Shown here: piece by piece, positions 9,509-18,880 of the stretch
Numbering within the stretch: the first letter of the stretch is position 1
Layout: each line of letters opens with the position of its first letter
DNA from: Melioribacter sp.
Lineage (GTDB): Bacteria > Bacteroidota > Ignavibacteria > Ignavibacteriales > Melioribacteraceae
NCBI GenBank assembly: GCA_003155655.1
Contig: PMDS01000025.1
Location: forward strand, 354 to 64,353
DNA: 64,000 nt
Reading direction: 5' to 3'
Notes under the pieces: model-generated
What the model was told of the DNA's origin: nothing
Databases searched by the model: none
The model's input: the letters and a program-made list of their open reading frames with translations, nothing else
Program-made: the position numbers and the translations under genes

Positions 9509-11566
9509 TTATGCTCCAGTTTTTACAGATGCTTGAGTACTTGTAAGATTCTTAGTAAGAAAAGCTGATAGGAGACCGCCAATGTTGTCGCTTCCCTGTA
9601 CTAAAGTATCCGGTGTAACTTTTACATTGCCGCTTGCAATCTGTTTTGCAATTTCAATTGCAGTAACACCCTGCTGTCCAACAGCTTTATTCTGCATCTC
9701 ATATGCTTTCGCGGTTGCTTCGCCCATTGCAAGAATTTTTGAGCCTTCGGCATCGCCTTTTGCCTTTATACCTTTTGCCTCGCCTTCTGCGCGCAAGCGG
9801 ATGCTTTCTGCTTCACCTTCTGCAAAACGGATCGCTTTCATTTTATTTTGTTCTGCAATCTTAACACCGATTTCAGCTTCAACAAGATTTTTCTGCTGAT
9901 CGGCTTCTGATCTTGTTTTTTCTGTTGCAATTCTAGTCTGCTCTGCCTTCTGCTGATCCTGATACATTGCCTGCTGCTGCTGAGCTATAATTTTCTTTGT
10001 CTGAGTATCCATCAATTCCTGGGGCAGATTGATCTGGCAGATTAAAACAGAAACGCACTCAACGTGATATTTTTCCAATTCTCCTTTGGCGCGTTCTTCA
10101 GCCTTGCGCTGTTCTTCCTGCCTGTCTTGCATAAAATTCATTGCTGAAGTTGATGAAGCCTGGTTGCGGAAACTAGAATCAATCATTGGATGAATAACGT
10201 GCAGAATCAAATTTTCAATAGAACCGATCTTTGCAACCATGTAAGGCGCCTGGTCGGGCCTGATTCTAATAACTACTTTAACAGAAACGCTAATTTCAAA
10301 ACCATCTCTTGAAATAACTTTAAGAGGGTCAAAACGTGTTTCTTTTGCATCATCCCAATCGATTGTAATGTTGGTTGTATCAACAATGTAAACGATATAA
10401 GCGCGGTGGTTCAGGTAATAAAAACCGGGACCGGCAACTTCCTGCTGAATTCCACGAAAACCTTTTGGAACAACGTAACGTTCAATGCCAATATTCAATC
10501 TTTTTTCAATGTCTTTATATGCCTCACTTCCCGGCACAACGTTTTCAAGTCTTGCAGCTTCTTCAATTGCTTTTTTAACTTCAACCGGTTCTTCTCCAAC
10601 GTTTGAAACAACAACAGCAACCTGTCCGCGTTCAACAATAGCCGCGTCATCAAGCTCTACTTTGAACATCATTGGGTTGATATAGTAAGTACCGGGCCGC
10701 AGTACATCAAATTGCGGGCCCCGCTGTCCGCCGGCGCCTAAAAATTTTGATGCATCCTGAAAATCTGTATGACCTATAACCGATTTTGCAACATATTCTG
10801 CATCAGGCAACGGTTCGCCATCCAAAGCTGTGACCAGTCCAACTTTATTTGCGGGAATTATTGTTGCATCCTGAATTTCTACATGGAATAAATCGGTATT
10901 TATTCTGTACGTACCCGGCAGAAGTATTTCAATTTGCGGTCCTTTCTGTCCCTTGTTGTTTAAGAACATTTCACCATTTTCAAAATTGTAATGTCCCTCT
11001 GTTTTATGTGCAAGTAATCTACCTACAGGGATCGGCTGACCGTCCATCGAAGTAATTAAACCAATTTTTCCTTTGTCAATTATTATTGAAGGATTCTTCC
11101 TGATTGTAAATAAAATGGGATTAATTCTATAAACTCCGGGAGGAAGTATTTCAATCTGAGGTCCTTTCTGTCCGCCGTTCTGTAAAAATTTTTCTCCATC
11201 CTGAAATGAATTATGACCGGGAACAACTTTAGCAAATATTTTTCCCGGCGGAACCGGATCACCGTCAATGGATTCGATTATGCCGATCTCTTTTTCCGAA
11301 ATAACCATAAACTGATATTTTTTCGGCGCATATAAAAATGGAATTAGGAAATGAAGTCCCGGTCCAAGTGTTCTTGCCTGTATACCAATTTCATTTGCCT
11401 GGGCAATTACTCTACCCTGCGGCATCTTTTTGCCAAAATATCTTCTTTCAACAACCGCAATCTCCCTGCCGCCAACAAGAACTACAGATTTGAAAAAAAG
11501 TACAATCGCAAAAAAGACAATAACGTAAGGAAGCGCGGATGATAAAAACAGTTCGAAATTTGTCAT
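9509..11566 (-). CDS. Flotillin-like SPFH/band-7 protein with four N-terminal ~75-aa internal repeats
   Basis: 685 aa with an N-terminal TM helix and four repeats of GxPxPxG...NGGQKGPQIEILxPGTYRIN. These are followed by an SPFH domain and an Ala/Glu-rich coiled-coil flotillin tail. Confidence 0.8.
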   Translation of the reverse strand: MTNFELFLSSALPYVIVFFAIVLFFKSVVLVGGREIAVVERRYFGKKMPQGRVIAQANEIGIQARTLGPGLHFLIPFLYAPKKYQFMVISEKEIGIIESIDGDPVPPGKIFAKVVPGHNSFQDGEKFLQNGGQKGPQIEILPPGVYRINPILFTIRKNPSIIIDKGKIGLITSMDGQPIPVGRLLAHKTEGHYNFENGEMFLNNKGQKGPQIEILLPGTYRINTDLFHVEIQDATIIPANKVGLVTALDGEPLPDAEYVAKSVIGHTDFQDASKFLGAGGQRGPQFDVLRPGTYYINPMMFKVELDDAAIVERGQVAVVVSNVGEEPVEVKKAIEEAARLENVVPGSEAYKDIEKRLNIGIERYVVPKGFRGIQQEVAGPGFYYLNHRAYIVYIVDTTNITIDWDDAKETRFDPLKVISRDGFEISVSVKVVIRIRPDQAPYMVAKIGSIENLILHVIHPMIDSSFRNQASSTSAMNFMQDRQEEQRKAEERAKGELEKYHVECVSVLICQINLPQELMDTQTKKIIAQQQQAMYQDQQKAEQTRIATEKTRSEADQQKNLVEAEIGVKIAEQNKMKAIRFAEGEAESIRLRAEGEAKGIKAKGDAEGSKILAMGEATAKAYEMQNKAVGQQGVTAIEIAKQIASGNVKVTPDTLVQGSDNIGGLLSAFLTKNLTSTQASVKTGA

Positions 11567-11752
11567 TTGTTTCTCCCATACTAATGATTTGTTTGATTAG
11601 TTAATTTGTTTTTAATGTATGTTAATAAATGATGTAATTATTCCTGAAGCCCAATCAGGGCTTTTTGCAACAAAAAGATTTTTAATCAAAAGAAAAATTG
11701 GAAAGAGGTTTATTCTAAATTCCCGGAGAAATCCGTGATGAAGTTTTAATGC

Positions 11753-11965
11753 TTGTGGTTGAAAAGAAATTTAAGCGAAAATGATTCTTACACATTGATA
11801 ACATTTCTTTCCCCCTGGTGGTTGATGATATTTCTTCTTGCCCTGTCATTTTGTTTGTCATTTATTTATTTCACTTTATTGAAAAACGAATTCGCTTCAC
11901 TTGTTCCAGGAAATCGTAAAAATCGGTATGCAGTGTTAAAATTCCTTTGTTTTCAAATTATTTAA
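11753..11965 (+). CDS. Small hypothetical membrane protein (doubtful)
   Basis: 70-aa ORF with a hydrophobic core. It is followed about 60 bp later by the 12022-12089 element and terminator. There is no homology evidence. Confidence 0.2.
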   Translation: MWLKRNLSENDSYTLITFLSPWWLMIFLLALSFCLSFIYFTLLKNEFASLVPGNRKNRYAVLKFLCFQII

Positions 11966-12021
11966 TGAAACAGATAATTTCTCTTATTAGAAACACATAC
12001 ATTATTTATAAGTAACTTTGC

Positions 12022-12089
12022 GTATAATTTCGTTATTAGCTTACATCTTCATCTATTTTATATGGGCTAAAGCCCTTTTCTTTTTTATT
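12022..12089 (+). repeat. Second, inverted copy of the ~50 bp module seen at 1-52. It ends in a GGGCT-AA-AGCCC hairpin plus a T-run (intrinsic terminator).
   Basis: Sequence identity with the reverse complement of 1-52. The hairpin at 12064-12075 is followed by TTTTCTTTTTTATT. Confidence 0.55.
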
Positions 12090-12314
12090 GTCTTTTTTTC
12101 CACCTTAACGGTGGAGTTATGGAGTTATAAAATCAATTTGTATAAATACAGTTTTTGCGTAACGAGAGTTATAAGTAACTTTTCCTTAATGACATAACAT
12201 TAGACGGGCTGATGCTGATTTAGTTTTTTTGATTCATGGACTTTCAGGTGGAATCCCGGAGTTTCAAAAAAGCATTATTACTATTAACCGGCCCTGCAGC
12301 ATATATTCCTTAAA

Positions 12315-13109
12315 TTAGATAGGATAATTAATTTCTCTTGAATCCGATTTTTGAATTTCAGCTATCCATTCTTTTTCAAGTGTTTCAATAGAAATTCCAA
12401 GAATTCTATCCGTTTTTGATATACCATCTTCCCAGAATTTCTTTGCTTTCTCTGGACCGTACTTTTCATAAATATATTTTACCAGACTGCCCGCTTCGGG
12501 ATAATTAATCAAACTGCTGTAAGAATTGAAATTTGAAGTTAACTCCGTTAAAGAAATCCATTTCCCTTTTTGATATATATATTTTGAAATTGCATGCAAA
12601 TCATAACCCCACCAATTATTATCTGCAAAGACGGCATACCCATCGCTTAACCAATAGTTATCAGGCGGGCCCCACTCATTCCATGATAATACATGAAATA
12701 TTTCATGACAGCCTATAGCGCGGACCGAATCATTTAGTGTTGCACATATTATTTTGCTATTTGTAAATGTGCATGCGTTTGCATCCGTACCGGTTAATAG
12801 AATGATTCTATTTTTGTCTTTCACAAAAAAATAGTACATCTTTTCGTTGTATTCTTTTTTGCCAATTATCGCTAAACATTTTAATAAGTCGGCTTCTGCT
12901 CTTTTTTTCATTGTCTCAATATTTTTTGCAGCCAATGAACCTTTTTCAAAATAGTACTGAAAATGTTTGCTGGTGTCTGTTATCCATTTAAAATTTGCGT
13001 TGTCTCTGAAATATTCTACTGAATGATGAAAAAACGGTAGTAAACTGCAGCTGTTAAAAGAAATTATGATAATAAAAATTGAGAGGGTGGGAATTAAACG
13101 TTTTTTCAT
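12315..13109 (-). CDS. Secreted hypothetical protein with an HExxH motif (putative zinc metallopeptidase)
   Basis: 264 aa with a signal peptide and a CHEIFHV motif. Function is inferred from the motif only. Confidence 0.45.
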   Translation of the reverse strand: MKKRLIPTLSIFIIIISFNSCSLLPFFHHSVEYFRDNANFKWITDTSKHFQYYFEKGSLAAKNIETMKKRAEADLLKCLAIIGKKEYNEKMYYFFVKDKNRIILLTGTDANACTFTNSKIICATLNDSVRAIGCHEIFHVLSWNEWGPPDNYWLSDGYAVFADNNWWGYDLHAISKYIYQKGKWISLTELTSNFNSYSSLINYPEAGSLVKYIYEKYGPEKAKKFWEDGISKTDRILGISIETLEKEWIAEIQKSDSREINYPI

Positions 13110-13378
13110 AAGCCGCTCCCTAATTTAGTTCTTATAAAAACCCTGTATTAATATAAAAAGGAATTGTTTTAAATGTTAAAGAATTAGACAGGTGTATTGA
13201 AGTTTTGTTTTTCTTTTACTTTTGCGCGCTGGAAAATTTCTTGTGATTGTGTGAAAAAAGGATGTTGAGAAATTAGTGGAATAAAAACCCCGGTCATTGC
13301 TGGCGCAAACTTGCCAACCAAAATAAAGGCGGCCGTTTATGACCGCCTTATATCTAAATACTCAATACTCCGTACTAA

Positions 13379-14743
13379 TTACTTGATTAGCAGCATCTTC
13401 TTGTACAATGTCTGATTCTTAAAAGTTACACTATAAAAATAAATACCTGAAGCATAATTTGATGCGTTCCATAATACGCTGTGTGCGCCTGCAGAAATTA
13501 CATCATTAACTAATGTTGCTAACTCTCTACCCAATACATCAAATACTTTTACTACTACTTTTCCATCTTCAGGAATTGAATAATTTATAGTTGTTGAAGG
13601 ATTAAACGGGTTGGGAAAATTCTGATCGAGCACAAATCGTTTGGGTAACTGAATTGGATTATATTTAATACCTGTTATTCCGCCATTAGTTGTATGGTAG
13701 ATCATACCGTTTTCTCCAACCGCAGTCCCAGCGTAGTCATTGGAGAAGCAGATTCCATGGAAATTGTTACAAGCGACCAACTGAAGTATCCAGTACCCAT
13801 CACCATCTTTCAAAGAATCAGCATATAATTTAACCCCACCGTTTGAAGTATGGTAAACTTGATTATATAATACAACAGTACCCGTTTTGGCATCTATGAA
13901 GGAAACTCCAAAAAGAGGGTCTGGGTAACACTGCTTGCAAAGTGAAGCAATACTATCCCTATTTGGTGTTTCATTTATCCACGATACCCCGCCATTTATT
14001 GTACGGAGGATTCTAGGACCGTTGTCATAACACGGGGTAATACATGGATAATGTTGATAAATACCAACTACAATTCCGGTGTCGGCAGATGGGAATGAAA
14101 CTGCACCCAAGCCATAATCTTTTGAGATCGATCGGGTTGTCCATTTTATTCCACCATTTGTTGTACGGAGAATTGTACCTGAATCACCGACTGCAGTTCC
14201 AACATTAACATCAGTAAAAAAGACTGCATTGAGAGTGTTTGATGTTCCACTTGATTGACGCTCCCACACTTTTCCTCCGTTTGTTGTATGAAGAATAATA
14301 CCTGAACCTCCAACTGCAGTTCCATTATTGAGATCAGTAAAAGAGACTGCATTGAGAGTGTTTGTTGTCCCGCTTAATTGATGATCCCACACTTCGCCTC
14401 CGTTTGTTGTATGTAGAATAATGCCGGAATCTCCAACTGCAGTTGCTGTGTTGACATCGGTTGCAGAAACTCCCCTGAGCCAATTCATCGTTCTGCTTAA
14501 TTGACTGATCCAAACCGTTCCTCCATTGGTGGTGTGGAGAACAGTACCAGATCCTCCAACAATGAAACCCGTATTTACAGTAACAAAGGATACACTAAGA
14601 AGACTGATACTTTGAACTTGTGAAGGTGTATATTGACGAACCCAGCCTGATTGTGAAGAAACAATCCCGCTAAACATCATTAATATATTGAACAATAAGT
14701 AATAAAAATTTTTTTCCATAACTTCACCATCAAAAATTTTCAA
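13379..14743 (-). CDS. T9SS cargo protein with Ycf48/BNR-like repeats and a C-terminal T9SS sorting domain
   Basis: 454 aa with a signal peptide, at least five repeats of ILHTTNGG.xW, and a C-terminal FPNPFNPSTTI...KKMLLIK domain (Por secretion tail). Confidence 0.75.
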   Translation of the reverse strand: MKIFDGEVMEKNFYYLLFNILMMFSGIVSSQSGWVRQYTPSQVQSISLLSVSFVTVNTGFIVGGSGTVLHTTNGGTVWISQLSRTMNWLRGVSATDVNTATAVGDSGIILHTTNGGEVWDHQLSGTTNTLNAVSFTDLNNGTAVGGSGIILHTTNGGKVWERQSSGTSNTLNAVFFTDVNVGTAVGDSGTILRTTNGGIKWTTRSISKDYGLGAVSFPSADTGIVVGIYQHYPCITPCYDNGPRILRTINGGVSWINETPNRDSIASLCKQCYPDPLFGVSFIDAKTGTVVLYNQVYHTSNGGVKLYADSLKDGDGYWILQLVACNNFHGICFSNDYAGTAVGENGMIYHTTNGGITGIKYNPIQLPKRFVLDQNFPNPFNPSTTINYSIPEDGKVVVKVFDVLGRELATLVNDVISAGAHSVLWNASNYASGIYFYSVTFKNQTLYKKMLLIK

Positions 14744-15416
14744 TTTCTTTGTTCTCAGAAGAACGGAAAGTCTTAATTAAACCCGTTAATAATTTTTTAG
14801 CAGCATATAATTCCTCCTCTTATTTGTTATTATAATTTCTAAATTATTTGTGTTAATTATTACTGAAATTATTTATCAAGCAAGAATAGGAAATTGCTAA
14901 TTTAGCTTACACGCAGAACAGGAAATATATTTAAAAGTACTCCAAGAATTTCCACCCATAAAAAAAGCCCCAAGAAGAAGAATAAAAACTTTTTAAGTTT
15001 CTAAAAATAAGGTAAGGGAAATCAAAGCCTCTGTCAATACCAAAAGATACGCAAAAAAGACATTCTGTGTTCTGGTCATCATAAAGAAAACAAAAAATTA
15101 TTATTTAATTAACAAGCTGGACTGAATTGCTGAAGTAATACACAGAGGCAGGTAAATAAACGAACGCGGCTCATCTCGATACTCTCTTCGCTACGCTCAG
15201 AGAACTCGATGACCGCCGCTACTCACCGCACTGCATTACGTTACACCATGCCCTCGACAAAAAACGCGAAACAAGCGTGATGGGCTGTGGCGAGTTTGAA
15301 AATAATCTATTCTGGTTAAAACCTGCCCGTGTAATAATAGGCGTATTAATTTTTTTTAAGCATCATTTTTTTTACTTAATTTAAAAACATTAATACTCAA
15401 AAATTAGAGCTACCCC

Positions 15417-17804
15417 ATGAAACGTCTATTACAAAATTCAATTTTAATTCTGTTTGTATTAACAACAATTAGTTTATCGCAGCAGGATCCCGTCATTCAA
15501 AAGATTTTTGAAATGGGAAAAGCTGATAACCATGTGATGTATTACCAGGATATTTTATGCAACAGGATCGGCGGCAGGGAAACCGGAACGGATCAATATC
15601 TTACTGCATGCAACTGGGCTGTTAGCGAATTGAAAAAAATGGGCTTTAAAGTACAGTTGGATGAAGTAGGCGAAACTCCTGTTGGCTTTTTAAGGGGGCA
15701 CTGGGCTGGTAAAATGATAAAGCCTTCGGAAAAAGTTTTGGATTTTGTAACTCCATCATACACTGCAGGCACAAAGGGAATTCAAAGAGGACCTGTAGTA
15801 ATTATGCCAAAGACCGATGCCGGATTTGATTCTGTAAAGAGTAAAATGAAAGACGCCTGGGTTATGATCGATGGAGAAAATACAGGCTGGCCCCGCGACC
15901 GGGATTCTGTTGTTGCACTTACAAGAAAACTTATGGCAGTTGGGGCGCTTGGCACAATACAGCTTACACATGTGCCAATACGCACGCTGGATTCCCGCTG
16001 TGTAAAATCATGGGATGCCCTACCAACTTTGTGTGATATTAAACTTGTTGATTCGCAATACAATGAAATAAAATCTCTCGTTCAAAAAAACGAGGAAGTG
16101 ATCCTTCAATTTGAGATCAGAAATTTCTTTAAACCGGGTCCAATAAAATATTATAATGTTATAGGCACTCTTCCGGGTACAAAATATCCAAAAGAATATG
16201 TTGTACTTGGCGCGCATTTGGATTCTTATGATATTGCAACCGGCGCTATTGATAATGGTTCAGGTGTTACCACAATGCTTGAAGCTGTTAATTTGTTAAC
16301 TAAGGCGGGGGCTAAACCAAAACGTTCTATAATGATTCAGCTTTATGCTTCGGAAGAGCAGGGATTGGTCGGATCAAAATCATGGGTGAGCAGAAATAAA
16401 AAATTATTGGATAAAATTTCACTTGTAATAAATAAAGACAGCGGAACAAATCCGGCGGTAAGCATTGGTGTTACAAAAGCTATGTTTGATGACATGAAAA
16501 AAATTGCAGAGCCTATTGAAACAGCAGGATTAAAATATCCTTTCAGTATAACCGAAGTGCCTCCATTTAGAAGAGCGGGCCGCGGCGGTACCGATAGTCA
16601 TTCATTCAATATGGAAAGCGTTCCCGCACCGGGACTTCAACTTAAAGGCCCGCATAATTACGGCATTACATGGCACACTCCTCTTGATACTTATGATGAG
16701 GTGATCCCGGATGCGCAGGAACATACTTCAATTATAATAGCAGTTCTAGCATACGGCACGGCAAACCTGGATCATATGCTATCACGCAAAGATGCTTTTT
16801 TGCCGGACGGTGTTTATGCTGATCTAAATACAAATAAAGGAAGAATTACACTCAATTTGGATTACGAACATGTTCCATTAACTGTTGCAAATTTTGTTGG
16901 ACTTGCTGAAGGAACAATAAAGAATGACGCACTTGCAGAAGGAAAACCATATTACAATGGAAGTATCTGGCACCGAGTTGTACCGGGACATGTTATACAA
17001 GCAGGCATGCCCACAAACGGAAAAGAAACCGAAGGACCCGGTTATGAATTTCCAAATGAGATTTATCCAGGCTTAAGCCACAACAAGGCAGGAATGCTTG
17101 GAATGGCTAACTCGGGACCAAACACAAACGGCAGCCAATTTTACATTACACTGGGCGACCGTTCATACCTTGACGGCAACTATACTTTGTTCGGTTCTGT
17201 TGTTGACGGAATGGATATTGTAAATAAAATTGTCCAGGGCGATACTATTAAAACCGTTACAATAACACGTATAGGTCAGAAGGCAATTGATTTTAAGGTA
17301 ACAACAGATTCATTCAAGAAAATGGTTGAAGACGCGAAAGTAAAATTGAAAACTGATGAAGAGAAAAAACAAAAAAAAGAATCAGAACTAATTAAAAAGA
17401 ATTATCCGCAGACAAACAGAACTGCAGACGGATTGGAATATTTAATTAACAAAGAAGGAACAGGAAATAAACCTGTTGACGGTTCCTTGTTAAGGGCAAA
17501 ATATAAAGGAACATGTCTGTCGGGCGGAATGGAATTTTTCAGTACGGGAGATGCAGGCAAACCAAATAATATAAATGCTGCCGAACCGTTTGATTATATT
17601 ACCGGGAAAACAAAAATAAATCCTGGTGTTGACGAAATACTTGCCGGTATGAAAGCCGGAGAAAAAAGAACCGTTGTTGTTCCGTCAAAATCAGCTTATG
17701 ATGTTAATGGTTTTTATGGAAAAACGGTTGAAGGTAAAAACCGTTTTGTAATTTCTCCCAATACAACTATAATTTATGAAATTGAAGTTCTGGAAGTGAG
17801 ATGA
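15417..17804 (+). CDS. Secreted tri-domain protein: M28 peptidase, cyclophilin-type PPIase and FKBP-type PPIase
   Basis: 795 aa with a signal peptide. The M28 metal-ligand region is GAHLDSYD...DNGSG...EEQGLVGS. The cyclophilin core is WHRVVPGHVIQAG...GMANSGPNTNGSQFYITL. The C-terminal FKBP domain contains GLEYLINKEGTG...GEKRTVVVPSKSAY. Confidence 0.85.
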   Translation: MKRLLQNSILILFVLTTISLSQQDPVIQKIFEMGKADNHVMYYQDILCNRIGGRETGTDQYLTACNWAVSELKKMGFKVQLDEVGETPVGFLRGHWAGKMIKPSEKVLDFVTPSYTAGTKGIQRGPVVIMPKTDAGFDSVKSKMKDAWVMIDGENTGWPRDRDSVVALTRKLMAVGALGTIQLTHVPIRTLDSRCVKSWDALPTLCDIKLVDSQYNEIKSLVQKNEEVILQFEIRNFFKPGPIKYYNVIGTLPGTKYPKEYVVLGAHLDSYDIATGAIDNGSGVTTMLEAVNLLTKAGAKPKRSIMIQLYASEEQGLVGSKSWVSRNKKLLDKISLVINKDSGTNPAVSIGVTKAMFDDMKKIAEPIETAGLKYPFSITEVPPFRRAGRGGTDSHSFNMESVPAPGLQLKGPHNYGITWHTPLDTYDEVIPDAQEHTSIIIAVLAYGTANLDHMLSRKDAFLPDGVYADLNTNKGRITLNLDYEHVPLTVANFVGLAEGTIKNDALAEGKPYYNGSIWHRVVPGHVIQAGMPTNGKETEGPGYEFPNEIYPGLSHNKAGMLGMANSGPNTNGSQFYITLGDRSYLDGNYTLFGSVVDGMDIVNKIVQGDTIKTVTITRIGQKAIDFKVTTDSFKKMVEDAKVKLKTDEEKKQKKESELIKKNYPQTNRTADGLEYLINKEGTGNKPVDGSLLRAKYKGTCLSGGMEFFSTGDAGKPNNINAAEPFDYITGKTKINPGVDEILAGMKAGEKRTVVVPSKSAYDVNGFYGKTVEGKNRFVISPNTTIIYEIEVLEVR

Positions 17805-17817
17805 TTATTTAATAAAA

Positions 17818-17850
17818 AGCTGGTGGTAAATAACCACCGGCTTTATAATT
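17818..17850 (+). terminator. Intrinsic terminator-like hairpin after the M28-PPIase gene
   Basis: Stem AGCTGGTGG/CCACCGGCT with one G-U wobble, a TAAATAA loop and a TTATAATT tail. Confidence 0.45.
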
Positions 17851-17957
17851 ATATAAAAAAAATAAACAAAGCATAACGTAGTTACACCAATTATATGCAG
17901 CATAGCTTTATTGGAAGCTGTGTCTCTAATAATAATTGGAGAAAGGAGAACACTCTT

Positions 17958-18329
17958 ATGCTTAATAAATCCGATGTAATTAGTTTTGTTGCAACCAGTA
18001 ACGCCGCAAAGGCTCGCCAGTTTTACGAAAAAAACCTCGGTTTGACTTGCGTGAGCGAAGATCAATTTGCATTAGTCTTTGAAGTGAACGGGACAATGCT
18101 TCGAATTCAGAAAGTCGATCAGGTAAATCCACATGGATACACTGCTCTCGGCTGGAAAGTTGCCGATATCAAAAAAGAAGTTGATGTACTGTCAAAGCGC
18201 GGAGTAAAATTCAACCGGTATGAAGGAATGAATCAAGACGAAAACGGAATTTGGACGGCACCAAGCAAAGCAAAAATTGCCTGGTTCCCAGATCCGGATG
18301 GAAATATATTGTCGCTGACTGAGATGTAG
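17958..18329 (+). CDS. VOC (glyoxalase/bleomycin-resistance) family protein
   Basis: About 124 aa from the ATG at 17958, which is preceded by AAGGAG. The longer track ORF begins at 17895. It has a paired beta-alpha-beta-beta-beta VOC pattern. Confidence 0.7.
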   Translation: MLNKSDVISFVATSNAAKARQFYEKNLGLTCVSEDQFALVFEVNGTMLRIQKVDQVNPHGYTALGWKVADIKKEVDVLSKRGVKFNRYEGMNQDENGIWTAPSKAKIAWFPDPDGNILSLTEM

Positions 18330-18398
18330 TAATATAAGTTGTTGGGAATGCAAACGCTTATATGCCATTGGTGGATTGCGCTCCCTGATTTATAAAAC

Positions 18399-18484
18399 TC
18401 AATTCCATTTTAGAACCTTTCTGTTTTAATGATAAGAAATTATTAACTGGGAAATCTTTTTCTTTTACTTTCTGTACTGCGGCG
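18399..18484. repeat. Copy A of an ~85 bp direct repeat. It includes a truncated duplicate of the start of the 185-aa gene (reverse ATGGAATTG) and of the last codons of trhO.
   Basis: It aligns with 19429-19510 at about 85% identity. Confidence 0.7.
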
Positions 18485-18744
18485 GGTAAACTCACTACAA
18501 AAAAACTGGGGAAATTATTTTGAACTGTTCAAAATTATTTATTAAAGAAGTTTTGCATATTCGCAGCGGACTTCACCCTTCGGCGTTGCTCAGGGCAGGC
18601 TCCCAACCCTCTACTTAAAAAAGGAGGGGATAAACCATGCCAGTTGCTGGTAAAACGGGATCGAAGGTCTTGTTCTTTGACATATTGACTATTTAAGAAA
18701 TGCCTGAAAGAATAGGAAAAAACGTGACAAAATCAGGCTAAAAA

Positions 18745-18787
18745 CGGGTGAAAACCGGGTGAAAATTGGTGAAAATGGTGTAAAAAA
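18745..18787. repeat. Four tandem 10-11 bp GGTGAAAA(C/T) repeats (iteron-like microrepeat)
   Basis: cgggtgaaaac cgggtgaaaat tggtgaaaat ggtgtaaaaaa, read from the sequence. Confidence 0.6.
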
Positions 18788-18880
18788 TTTTGATGTCATT
18801 TTGCCTCAGAACCGTTACCGAAATGCAGAAGAATTACACCTCGGCTGATTGCGATCCCAGCCTTATAAATTTTCATTTAC

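Noticed and set aside
9582-11542. Multiple 60-105-aa plus-strand ORFs from the track inside the flotillin gene (9582-9899, 10375-10685, 10849-11055, 11351-11542)
   Set aside because: They lie antisense within a well-supported 685-aa CDS, have low-complexity translations and no RBS. They are judged spurious. The same applies to the other short antisense ORFs inside large genes throughout the window.
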